This document shows positions 50,795-59,626 of a DNA stretch of 64,000 bases, piece after piece. Within the stretch, counting starts at the first letter, position 1; every line of letters begins with the position of its first letter. The notes under the pieces are model-generated. The model ran no database searches, was not told the DNA's origin, and saw only the letters and a program-made list of their open reading frames with translations. Both the position numbers and the translations under genes were made by a program. Source of the DNA: a virus. The stretch lies in the IMG/VR virus record IMGVR_UViG_3300020055_000004; one strand, written 5' to 3'.

Positions 50795-51887
50795 TGGTTT
50801 AGTAGCTACACCGTTTATTACTATTTCACGCCAAATGACCAGCCATCGTGCTGCTCAAGGTGTAATATATGCAGATCAACTTTCTGAGGCCAATATTGGT
50901 ACAATTAAAGTAAACATGACAGGTGATCAGTATGTCTCCGATTTTTGTGATTTCGATGATCTTTATGTGTATCATGGTAATGATTGGTCTGGTAACGTTA
51001 ATCTCTTTGGCGGCCTCAAAAACTTCCCATATATTGAGAATTTTGTCAATTTCTCTCGTTTCGACGGCCGTGTGTATAGCCTTGTGGTCGACATGCCTGA
51101 CTATTATGGTATCATGAAAGAAAAGTTTGATAAAGCCAGAGAGAAAGGACAAGAATGGAATACTTTATGGGATGGCATTGATTGGGATAATCTGAAGCGC
51201 ATGTGTGAAACTGCAGTGACAATCAATCCTAATGATCTACGACATTATCCTCGCATGGCAATTGGTGACAGCCATGCCATTTGTATGTACCGACCAGGCT
51301 GGTCAAATCTATCAGTGCCATTTAAAACACTACACGGCGCATTAAAAGAAGGTCTTGAATCTTTTATTCCGAAAGATAGATGTTTTACTGATCTAGAATT
51401 TTATTTTGGCAACATTGATGTTCGTCATCATCTTTGTAGACAAGATGATCCAATTCTTGCTACTAAACAACTTGTTGCTCGTTATATGGAACAAGCACAT
51501 GCCATATCACAAAAATATAGTTGCCGTGTCAAGATCTATGAACTCTTGCCTATCGAAGACGAATCACGATCGATTCCAAAAACTGGTTGGTATAAAGGCA
51601 CTCCATTTTATGGCTCGCGCCAAGAGAGAAATGATATTCGTAAGTTGTTTAAAAATGAAGTAATGAAGCGTTGTACTGATGAAGTTCAGATATATGAATG
51701 GGTTGGCGAAATGATTAATTCAAAAGGCGAACTTGGTTTTGAATACATGGAGAAACCACAGTCGGTGCACTTATCTAGACGCTGGTATCCACATTGGCAA
51801 GGATATGAGTGGAGTCATGCTCCGTATATTGAATATATACCTACAGCAGAACGTGAACAATTAACGCTTGAGGATTTCTTTTCGTAA
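50784..51887 (+). CDS. two-domain protein: BGT-like N-terminus plus SGNH-like C-terminus
   Basis: IGDSH, FGNIDVRHH and SVHLS SGNH-type blocks; DFDDLYVY..NLFGG..VYSLVVD N-domain. Confidence 0.5.
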   Translation: MLRSGLVATPFITISRQMTSHRAAQGVIYADQLSEANIGTIKVNMTGDQYVSDFCDFDDLYVYHGNDWSGNVNLFGGLKNFPYIENFVNFSRFDGRVYSLVVDMPDYYGIMKEKFDKAREKGQEWNTLWDGIDWDNLKRMCETAVTINPNDLRHYPRMAIGDSHAICMYRPGWSNLSVPFKTLHGALKEGLESFIPKDRCFTDLEFYFGNIDVRHHLCRQDDPILATKQLVARYMEQAHAISQKYSCRVKIYELLPIEDESRSIPKTGWYKGTPFYGSRQERNDIRKLFKNEVMKRCTDEVQIYEWVGEMINSKGELGFEYMEKPQSVHLSRRWYPHWQGYEWSHAPYIEYIPTAEREQLTLEDFFS

Positions 51888-53095
51888 TGAAGCATGCAAC
51901 TATTATACCACTGATCGGAGGTGAAGTACTTGCCTCTGAGCAAGTCTTTGGTCATCGACCAGATTATATCTTATCTTATAATGCTTTTCAGGCAAATGAA
52001 GAACATCTACTAAATTATTGGAATCATGAGGTACCGTACTACGTTCTAGATGAAGGAGATCGCCATCCGCACTCAGTAGACGTAGTGTCCAGTGTATGTC
52101 CTTGTGCTGGCTTGTCATTGTTCAGTACGCGTTATGGAGAGGACAACAAAAACAATCGTTGGATGATTGAAACGGCTAAGTATGTTCTTGGCGAGATCAA
52201 GCCTCTTGTATTTTGGGGAGAGAATGCCCCAACTTTCACGGGTAAAATCGGTGAACCTATTCGAAACCAATTGATTCAAATTGGTAAGGAGAATGGCTAT
52301 GTCATGTCGATGTATAAAACGAAAAGTCTGTTACACGGTATACCACAAACGCGCGAGCGAACATTCTACTTCTTTTGGAAAGGTACACAAGTTCCGGTAT
52401 TTGACTACTATCGAAGAGAAATGCAAACTATCGAGGACCTTATCCTCTCCGTCGAGCGCGATCCTAATGATCCGATGTCCGAATGCATAAATCGAAACAA
52501 ACCAACCGACAATCCATTTTACAAATATATTTTGGAGGAGATTCATGGCGGTATTAGCCATCGCGACCACTTTGACCTTATCGATATCACTGATCCTAAA
52601 ACACCGAATTACTTGGACGTCTATAGCCTTATTGAGTCTCATAAGCATGATTACGCTCGCGTTGCTAAATGGTTAGAGGAACGTCAATATCATCGTGAAT
52701 CACAGCGTGCATTGCGAATGTATGATAAGCTAGAATCTGGTGGTAATATTATGCGCAGAGGTACTTTGTTGCCTAAAGGTCATATTGGATCTTTTGTAGG
52801 TCACTATCCACAAATGCTAACTCATCCTCATGAAGATCGATATATAACCTTTAGAGAGGCGATGACAATTATGGGTATGCCAAGTGACTATCAGCTTCTT
52901 AATCCGAAAGGTAGCTTCAATCATATATGTCAGAATGTTCCGTTTCAAACTGCAGCTGATATGGCAACCGAAGTAAAAGCTGTATTAAATGGAGAACGAG
53001 AATTGATTGACGCGCGCGTATCATTACAACATAATACATCAAAAAAATTAGAAATTTTAGATAGAGAAGTATCTACACTAGATGCATTTTTATAG
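51887..53095 (+). CDS. DNA cytosine-C5 methyltransferase-like protein with atypical SAM motifs
   Basis: CPCAGLS (IV), ENA (VI), GIPQTRER (VIII), RYITFREAMTIMGMP (IX); motif I reads IIPLIGG. Confidence 0.8.
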   Translation: MKHATIIPLIGGEVLASEQVFGHRPDYILSYNAFQANEEHLLNYWNHEVPYYVLDEGDRHPHSVDVVSSVCPCAGLSLFSTRYGEDNKNNRWMIETAKYVLGEIKPLVFWGENAPTFTGKIGEPIRNQLIQIGKENGYVMSMYKTKSLLHGIPQTRERTFYFFWKGTQVPVFDYYRREMQTIEDLILSVERDPNDPMSECINRNKPTDNPFYKYILEEIHGGISHRDHFDLIDITDPKTPNYLDVYSLIESHKHDYARVAKWLEERQYHRESQRALRMYDKLESGGNIMRRGTLLPKGHIGSFVGHYPQMLTHPHEDRYITFREAMTIMGMPSDYQLLNPKGSFNHICQNVPFQTAADMATEVKAVLNGERELIDARVSLQHNTSKKLEILDREVSTLDAFL

Positions 53096-53124
53096 TGTAC
53101 AAATATTTTAAAACAGTGTAGAAT
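53096..53124 (+). promoter_or_regulatory. sigma70-like promoter TGTACA-N17-TAGAAT
   Basis: motif and spacing. Confidence 0.75.
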
Positions 53125-53147
53125 AGAACTTTTAGTGAGGTTAAACT

Positions 53148-54122
53148 ATGGAACTTAATATTCCAGTACAAGAGTTACAAAAATATAAAATCTTTTTGGC
53201 GACACCAATGTATGGTGCACAATGTTCTGGAATGTATGCTAGATCGTTGGCTGAATTGACAACAACATGTCAGCGATATGGCATTCCATTACAATTTTAT
53301 TTTCTATTCAATGAATCGTTAGTTACACGAGCACGTAATTATTGTGTAGATGAATTTATGCGATCTGATTGTACACATCTTATGTTCATTGATTCAGATA
53401 TTCATTTTAAGGCACATGATGTAGTATCTCTATTAGGAATGATGCATCAATATCCTGAGATGGATGTATGCTGTGCTCCTTATCCGAAGAAAACAATTGC
53501 GTGGGAAAAAATTAGTGAAGCAGTAAAACAAGGTGTAGCTGATGAGAATCCAAATGTTCTAGAAAACTTTGTTGGTGATTATGTCTTCAATCCTATTAGA
53601 CAAAAAAATGGTGAAAATTATATTAAACTAACTCAACCTGCAGAAGTAGCTGAGGGTGGTACAGGCTTCATGATGATCAAGAAGTCAACCTTTGAAAAAT
53701 ATAAAGAAACATATCCTCAATTCATGTATCGTCCTGATCATGTTCGAACAGCAAACTTTGATGGAAGTACTGAGATCATGGCATACTTCGATGCTCTCAT
53801 TGATGATAAGTCACAAAATCTTGTACCTGAAATCAAAGCATTCTTTAAAAAGAATCCAAATGCAAAAAATAGAGATGTCATCAACTTTATTGAAGATAAG
53901 AAAAATGGCATCGATCAAAAGTCATATTCGAATAGATACCTGTCCGAAGATTACATGTTTTGTTATAATGTAAGACGTGCTGGTATGAAAGTATTCATGT
54001 GTCCTTGGATGGAACTCAAACATATGGGCGCATACGTATTTGGTGGTTCATTGGCAGCTATTGCATCTATTGGTGCAGCGGCTACAGCTGATCCCTCTAA
54101 ACTTGGTGAAAAGAAAAAATAG
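53148..54122 (+). CDS. GT-A fold glycosyltransferase-like protein
   Basis: ATPMYG, ESLVTRARN, LMFIDSD (DxD), GTGFMMI, LSEDYMFC. Confidence 0.7.
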   Translation: MELNIPVQELQKYKIFLATPMYGAQCSGMYARSLAELTTTCQRYGIPLQFYFLFNESLVTRARNYCVDEFMRSDCTHLMFIDSDIHFKAHDVVSLLGMMHQYPEMDVCCAPYPKKTIAWEKISEAVKQGVADENPNVLENFVGDYVFNPIRQKNGENYIKLTQPAEVAEGGTGFMMIKKSTFEKYKETYPQFMYRPDHVRTANFDGSTEIMAYFDALIDDKSQNLVPEIKAFFKKNPNAKNRDVINFIEDKKNGIDQKSYSNRYLSEDYMFCYNVRRAGMKVFMCPWMELKHMGAYVFGGSLAAIASIGAAATADPSKLGEKKK

Positions 54123-54133
54123 GAAACTATACT

Positions 54134-54790
54134 ATGAAACTTAATGCTCGATCTGTACAGGTCTTGAAAAACTTCTCAACAATTAATCCTTCGATTCAAT
54201 TTCGCGAAGGTAATGCGTTGAAAACAATCTCGCCTAATAAGACTATCATGGCAAAAGCAAATCTCGAGGATAATATTCCTCAGGACTTTGCAATCTATGA
54301 TTTGTCTAGATTTCTTGGTGTATCATCTTTGTTTGCAGATCCGGACTTTCAACTTGAAGATCGTACTGTAGTGATTACATCACCGGGTCGTAAGGTAAAT
54401 TACACCTTTGCAGATCCTAACACTATTGTTGCACCACCTAACAAAGATATCGATATTGGTGACGCTGATGTATCATTTGAACTCAATCAAGAAAACTTCG
54501 CCGAAATTATGAAAGCTCTTGGTGTAATGTCATTTCCTGAGTTGGTGGTTGCTGGTGAAGATGGTCGTATTATTTTACGAGCCACTGATACTAAGAATCC
54601 AAGTTCAGACAAATATGATATTGAAGTTGGTGAGACTGATCGAACATTCACCGCAGTATTCAAGACAGAAAATGTCAAGATCTTACCAGATAATTATCGT
54701 GTAAGTTTGTCATCGCGTGGCATCTCACACTTCGCTTCAGACGATGTTGAATACTGGATCTCAATTGAATCCAACTCAACATTCGACTAA
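54134..54790 (+). CDS. gp45: sliding clamp gp45
   Basis: LKNFSTINPSI..FAIYDLSRFL..YWISIE. Confidence 0.93.
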   Translation: MKLNARSVQVLKNFSTINPSIQFREGNALKTISPNKTIMAKANLEDNIPQDFAIYDLSRFLGVSSLFADPDFQLEDRTVVITSPGRKVNYTFADPNTIVAPPNKDIDIGDADVSFELNQENFAEIMKALGVMSFPELVVAGEDGRIILRATDTKNPSSDKYDIEVGETDRTFTAVFKTENVKILPDNYRVSLSSRGISHFASDDVEYWISIESNSTFD

Positions 54791-54797
54791 ACAGATT

Positions 54798-54873
54798 GCC
54801 GCTATAGCTCAGCAGGTAGAGCAACTGATTTGTAATCAGTAGGTCCCGAGTTCGATTCTTGGTGGCGGCACCA
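54798..54873 (+). tRNA. tRNA-Thr(UGU)
   Basis: 76 nt; anticodon arm ACTGA-TTTGTAA-TCAGT; GTTCGA T-loop; encoded CCA. Confidence 0.95.
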
Positions 54874-54887
54874 AATTGGAGTAAATT

Positions 54888-54968
54888 ATGGAAATGCTAG
54901 GTATATTGCTCTTTTTATTAGTAGGCATTTGCGGTTGCATATATCCATTTTTAGATAATGAAAGTTAA
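54888..54968 (+). CDS. 26-aa hydrophobic peptide between the two tRNAs
   Basis: GGAG SD; MEMLGILLFLLVGICGCIYPFLDNES. Confidence 0.4.
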   Translation: MEMLGILLFLLVGICGCIYPFLDNES

Positions 54969-54969
54969 T

Positions 54970-55045
54970 TCCACGATAGCTCAGCAGGCAGAGCAAGTGA
55001 CTGTTAATCACTGGGTCCCTGGTTCGATCCCAGGTCGTGGAGCCA
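54970..55045 (+). tRNA. tRNA-Asn(GUU)
   Basis: 76 nt; GTGA-CTGTTAA-TCAC; GGTTCGA; encoded CCA. Confidence 0.95.
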
Positions 55046-55060
55046 AATTAAGGAAATATT

Positions 55061-55231
55061 ATGTATATGTGGCAAGGAATAGAAGTAACAGGATCAGTTG
55101 AATCTGAGTACGTGTCATCAACTGGAACGCGATATTTCATTAAACTAACTGAACCTGTACCAGATGAATTCGTACAGGATAGACAAGGTCACGATTGGCC
55201 TATTAAAGGATCTATTATCCTTGTAGATTAA
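55061..55231 (+). CDS. 56-aa hypothetical protein
   Basis: AAGGA SD; fills the gap between tRNA-Asn and aceA. Confidence 0.45.
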   Translation: MYMWQGIEVTGSVESEYVSSTGTRYFIKLTEPVPDEFVQDRQGHDWPIKGSIILVD

Positions 55232-55241
55232 GGAGTGTACC

Positions 55242-56480
55242 ATGGGTACGAAAAGGAGTTACAAACCGGAGGCAGTAGATAAGCTACGAGGATCAGTACA
55301 AATTGATCATACACTCGCGAGGCTTGGAGCAAGGAAGCTGAGACAACTATTCGAAGAAAACGAATATATTAACACATTTGGTGCATACAATGGGCAACAA
55401 GCTGTACAACATGTCAAGGCAGGATTAAAAGCAATCTATTGTTCTGGTTGGCAGGTAGCAGCATCTCAGAACTCGGCCGGCGAAGTATATCCGGATCAAT
55501 CCTTGTATCCTGTAAACTCTGTACCTGATGTTGTTCGAAATATTAATAATGCGTTTAGGCGACAAGATCAAATTGATGTATTAAATGGTGGAGATGGTTT
55601 TGATTTTGCACCTATTATCGCAGATGCAGAAGCTGGATTTGGAGGAGTACTAAACGCATATGAACTGGCACGAAATCTCATTGAAGCCGGTGCTGCAGCT
55701 GTGCATTTCGAAGATCAGCTCGCTTCTGAAAAGAAATGCGGACACCTCGGTGGTAAAGTACTTATTCCGACTAGCAGTGCTGTTCGTAATCTTAACGCCG
55801 CTCGACTTGCTTCTGATGTGGCTGGTACTGACACAGTCATCATTGCCAGAACAGATGCAGAATCTGCTAAACTCCTTTCATCTGACGTAGATGCAATGGA
55901 TAACAAATATATCAAGAGATATGGTGGTCAAGGATCCGCTACAATGCGATCTCGTACATCAGAAGGTTTCTTTGAAATTAATGGCGGTTTAGATTTTTGT
56001 ATAGAACGAGGTCAGAGATATGCAGAGTACGCTGACCTGATATGGTGTGAAACCTCGAAGCCTTGTCTTAAGGAAGCAAAAAGATTTGCTGACGGCGTAC
56101 GTGGCGCATATCCTGATCAAATGCTAGCATATAATTGTTCGCCTTCTTTTAATTGGAAGAAAGCAATTCCAAATGATCAAGAACTTGCAGAGTTTCAACG
56201 TGAGTTAGGTAAGTTAGGATTTAAGTTTCAGTTTATTACATTAGCTGGCTTTCATGCAACAAACTATGCTGTTTTTGACTTCGCTCGACGATATAAAGAA
56301 GATGGTATGTTTGCCTATTCATTATTGCAAGAAGATGAGTTTAACAGTGAAATCTTTGGATATACTTCAACCAAACACCAACAAGAAGTTGGAGTCGGAT
56401 ACTTTGATGCAATATCTAACGTGCTTGGTTCTTCGTCAACGGCTGCACTCAAAGGTTCCACAGAAGAAGAACAGTTTTAA
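55242..56480 (+). CDS. aceA: isocitrate lyase
   Basis: [54 protein letters not shown]. Confidence 0.96.
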   Translation: MGTKRSYKPEAVDKLRGSVQIDHTLARLGARKLRQLFEENEYINTFGAYNGQQAVQHVKAGLKAIYCSGWQVAASQNSAGEVYPDQSLYPVNSVPDVVRNINNAFRRQDQIDVLNGGDGFDFAPIIADAEAGFGGVLNAYELARNLIEAGAAAVHFEDQLASEKKCGHLGGKVLIPTSSAVRNLNAARLASDVAGTDTVIIARTDAESAKLLSSDVDAMDNKYIKRYGGQGSATMRSRTSEGFFEINGGLDFCIERGQRYAEYADLIWCETSKPCLKEAKRFADGVRGAYPDQMLAYNCSPSFNWKKAIPNDQELAEFQRELGKLGFKFQFITLAGFHATNYAVFDFARRYKEDGMFAYSLLQEDEFNSEIFGYTSTKHQQEVGVGYFDAISNVLGSSSTAALKGSTEEEQF

Positions 56481-57184
56481 TGGATTTGATTAAGAGCAAG
56501 TTTGACATTAAGGGTTGGACTCTCTTAACAAATTTTTTGACACCAGAAGAACACGAATATTATCTCGATATATGTGATCATATTCTTCTTAATAGAATTC
56601 AGCCGTCATATAAATGGGCGCTCAACTCAAATGGTACTATAAACAAATTACACGGTGCTTGTGAGACCGTCCCTGCATTTCGAAAATTGGCCAGTCATCC
56701 ATCTTTGATTCGTCAGGCTAAAAGCTTATTGCCATTTGAAGAAGAAATGGATATCTATATCAGTAAGTTCTTCCCTATGCAGCCAAAAGCAATTTCTACT
56801 TTGATGCATCAAGATAATTATTTTTTTCGTGGAGATCCTCAAAAAATATTATCATGTGCTGTATATCTTCAAAATACATCAACAGAAAACGGATGTCTGC
56901 GTGTTGTTGAAGGTAGTCATTTGAGAGGTATATTTCCTCATAATATTGATGAGGAAGGAATTGCTCAGTGGATCGACCAGCGAGAACTTACAGATTATAA
57001 AATAATAGAACTTAATTTAAAAGCACCTTATGCTGTATTTTTTAACATAAATCTAGTGCACGGCTGCAGTATGAATATGACTGATTCAACTCGATACAGT
57101 TTAGCATGGGAATATGTAAATAAAACCGACAATAATTTGACGGTTTCCGCTGAAAAATGGTGTGATAGAATTTCTGTCTTATAA
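56480..57184 (+). CDS. PhyH-family 2OG-Fe(II) dioxygenase
   Basis: HQD, ENGCLRVVEGSH, LVHGC, R. Confidence 0.85.
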   Translation: MDLIKSKFDIKGWTLLTNFLTPEEHEYYLDICDHILLNRIQPSYKWALNSNGTINKLHGACETVPAFRKLASHPSLIRQAKSLLPFEEEMDIYISKFFPMQPKAISTLMHQDNYFFRGDPQKILSCAVYLQNTSTENGCLRVVEGSHLRGIFPHNIDEEGIAQWIDQRELTDYKIIELNLKAPYAVFFNINLVHGCSMNMTDSTRYSLAWEYVNKTDNNLTVSAEKWCDRISVL

Positions 57185-57187
57185 ATA
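57180..57187 (+). promoter_or_regulatory. late promoter TATAAATA
   Basis: exact consensus ahead of the membrane-protein cluster. Confidence 0.7.
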
Positions 57188-57248
57188 AACACGTGATCTG
57201 AGTTTCCCCATTACTATGTCTTTGTAATTAAATTTGCAAGGAGTAAGT

Positions 57249-57575
57249 ATGTCTGAAGAAGTAAAACAAGAAAAGTTTCATCCAGCCGATACAAACGGTG
57301 ATGGAAAAGTAAGCAAAGAAGAAGAAGCAATGTATCTTGAGTTTCGCAGAAAGGAACTCGAAGATGCAGATGCTATGCGCGATGCTCAGCGATCTATGGC
57401 TTGGTTCTCGTTGTGGGGTATGTTATTATATCCTGTGCTTGTAGTCGGCGCCAATGTTGGTGGGTTAGAACAAGGAGCTAAAATACTAGGTGATATGGCG
57501 GGTGTATATTTCATCGCCGTAGCTGGTATTGTAGCAGCGTTCTTTGGCGCCCAAGCATGGAGCGGAAAAAAATAA
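57249..57575 (+). CDS. EF-hand plus 2-TM membrane protein (holin-like)
   Basis: DTNGDGKVSKEE loop, two hydrophobic helices, basic C-terminus. Confidence 0.55.
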   Translation: MSEEVKQEKFHPADTNGDGKVSKEEEAMYLEFRRKELEDADAMRDAQRSMAWFSLWGMLLYPVLVVGANVGGLEQGAKILGDMAGVYFIAVAGIVAAFFGAQAWSGKK

Positions 57576-57986
57576 ATGGATAATAATTTAGAAGTTAGCG
57601 AAGACTCATCAATCACTATTCCAATTCGTAATTTACTTGCGATTGGATTTGCAATTGTTTGTGTTGTAGTCGGCTACTTTGAGGTAACAAATCGTATTGA
57701 TGTACTCGAACGCGAAAATATTCTGTTGAGACAAGAAGTTAATATGAATTCAGAATTTCGTGTAAAGTGGCCGCGTGGTGAATTAGGTAGCTTACCTGAT
57801 GATTTAATGCAAAACGCTGCAATACATTCGATTGAGAAACAAATGGTTGATTTCGAAAACGATACTAAACAAATGCAAGATCTTCGTATTCTAATCAATA
57901 AAGAGCAAGGTGTAAACGAAACACAAAATGAAAAGATTGAGACGCTCTTTGATATATGGAATAACTCCTTGACAGAAAAAAAATAA
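57576..57986 (+). CDS. single-TM coiled-coil protein
   Basis: LLAIGFAIVCVVVGYF followed by heptads. Confidence 0.55.
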   Translation: MDNNLEVSEDSSITIPIRNLLAIGFAIVCVVVGYFEVTNRIDVLERENILLRQEVNMNSEFRVKWPRGELGSLPDDLMQNAAIHSIEKQMVDFENDTKQMQDLRILINKEQGVNETQNEKIETLFDIWNNSLTEKK

Positions 57987-58013
57987 ACTATAAAATATAT
58001 GAAGGATTATTAT

Positions 58014-58694
58014 ATGAGAACTATAATATTCTTGACTATGTTTTTGTTTTGTTCTAGTGCATATGCACAGATTGATACGCGAGGTGATGGTGAATTTGAA
58101 CCAAATTTGCCTGGCGATGTCGTACCTGGCAATGCACAGGATGGTGATTTGAATTCGAATCAACAAAATTCGAATAATAATAATACATCAACTACCAATA
58201 TTGGAGCAGGTGCCGGTTCTCCTACACCTGTAGGTACTGCAATTGCTCCAAGCCTGATGTCATCTGGTAGTGATACCTGCTTACAAAGCAGAGGAACTGG
58301 AATACAACTTCTAGATATAGGTGTCTCAAGAGGTGCGTATAAACAGGATGAAGAATGTAACAGAAGACGCGACGCAAAAGTCTTCAAAGATCTAGGCATG
58401 ATTCTCCCAGCGGTGAGTAGAATGTGCCAAAACGAAGACAACTGGAAAGCCATGTTTATTTCCGGCAATCCATGTCCTATATTAGTCGCAGGCAAAATGG
58501 TTTTTGGTAAACGTGCGGTGCTAGCAATGAGAAGTCAGCCCGACGTATATATTCCTGATTACGATGATAATAAAACTTTCTACGACACCGTTTTAGGAAT
58601 AGGAAAACAAACCGATGAACAAACTAAAAACACTGGTAATGAGCTTAGTGTTAGCGAGCGGTTCCGCAGTAGCAGGACCAGTTCAGTGGAATAG
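58014..58694 (+). CDS. exported Cys-containing protein
   Basis: signal peptide MRTIIFLTMFLFCSSAYA; 4 Cys in the mature part. Confidence 0.6.
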   Translation: MRTIIFLTMFLFCSSAYAQIDTRGDGEFEPNLPGDVVPGNAQDGDLNSNQQNSNNNNTSTTNIGAGAGSPTPVGTAIAPSLMSSGSDTCLQSRGTGIQLLDIGVSRGAYKQDEECNRRRDAKVFKDLGMILPAVSRMCQNEDNWKAMFISGNPCPILVAGKMVFGKRAVLAMRSQPDVYIPDYDDNKTFYDTVLGIGKQTDEQTKNTGNELSVSERFRSSRTSSVE

Positions 58695-59544
58695 TGTAGA
58701 TAATCTTGTCGCTGCATCAGGTAGTATTGCAACGACACTTAATGCAGGAATTAGAAGAGTGGGAGGTATACAATCAGTTGTACCCGGCGGCACTGTAACT
58801 CCTGATGGATATTTGGAAGTTGATGCAACACTAATTTCTGAAGCACAACGAACAGCCTATAATCAGGCAATTCAGGAAGTGCAAGCTGATATCTTTCAAA
58901 AGACAGCCGCAGAATATTTTGGTGAAGAATATGCAGCAGCTCAAATCGCATTTGGTAACGCAGTAGACGCATATGTCGATGCTGTAACACCGATTGCTAC
59001 GGCTCAACATATTAATAACATGGCAGCTCAAGTACAATTGAGTGGTGATGCAATTCAAGGTCAACAATTGCAAGCATATGTTCTTGATAATAATGTATTG
59101 ATGACTACTGGTCAAACTGATGCATACAATAATACACTAACTGTATTACAAGACGCAGCAGATCAATTCTCAGCTGTTGCGGCCGTGTATAACGACCCAG
59201 CTTTGATTGAAGGTTTTCAATTAAATGCAGATGCGAATGGTGTAGACTTTTTGAATGCTGACAGTGTATTCCTTGATCGTATACAAAATCAAGGGATTAC
59301 AGGTTATGACGCTGCAGTTGTAGTCGACTTTACATCAACAGCTGCTTTATATTTGGTACAAGATATTTCTGTTAATATTCAAACTACTGAATTTATAAAT
59401 CAAGCTGGAGCTCAAAGTAATTTCTATACAACTGGACCTACACAGGATCAAAATACAACCTGTTTTGTAGTAGATTCTGGTGGTTACTGGCCATATCAGA
59501 ATGAAGATCCAAACATGCCTTGTTATATTGAGCCGGCACCCTAA
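58615..59544 (+). CDS. exported helical protein
   Basis: signal peptide MNKLKTLVMSLVLASGSAVA. Confidence 0.6.
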   Translation: MNKLKTLVMSLVLASGSAVAGPVQWNSVDNLVAASGSIATTLNAGIRRVGGIQSVVPGGTVTPDGYLEVDATLISEAQRTAYNQAIQEVQADIFQKTAAEYFGEEYAAAQIAFGNAVDAYVDAVTPIATAQHINNMAAQVQLSGDAIQGQQLQAYVLDNNVLMTTGQTDAYNNTLTVLQDAADQFSAVAAVYNDPALIEGFQLNADANGVDFLNADSVFLDRIQNQGITGYDAAVVVDFTSTAALYLVQDISVNIQTTEFINQAGAQSNFYTTGPTQDQNTTCFVVDSGGYWPYQNEDPNMPCYIEPAP

Positions 59545-59545
59545 A

Positions 59546-59596
59546 TTAAAATTTTGTTAAGGAATTGTTAAGGTTAGATTAATTTTCATATAAATA
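59546..59596 (+). promoter_or_regulatory. 11-bp-period direct-repeat array followed by TATAAATA
   Basis: TTAA at 59546, 59557, 59568 and 59579; TTGTTAAGG twice; TATAAATA at 59589-59596. Confidence 0.55.
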
Positions 59597-59626
59597 TTTT
59601 TACGTCGTGAGACGAAGGAGAAAAAT

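Noticed and set aside
54798-55045. tRNAs as prophage attachment sites
   Set aside because: no integrase or duplicated tRNA 3' end seen; the gene content is that of a lytic T4-like phage
55242-56480. methylisocitrate lyase/PEP mutase, or host contamination
   Set aside because: length and the SGWQVA, SPSFNW and FITLAG motifs match AceA; it is flanked by phage gp45 and gp44
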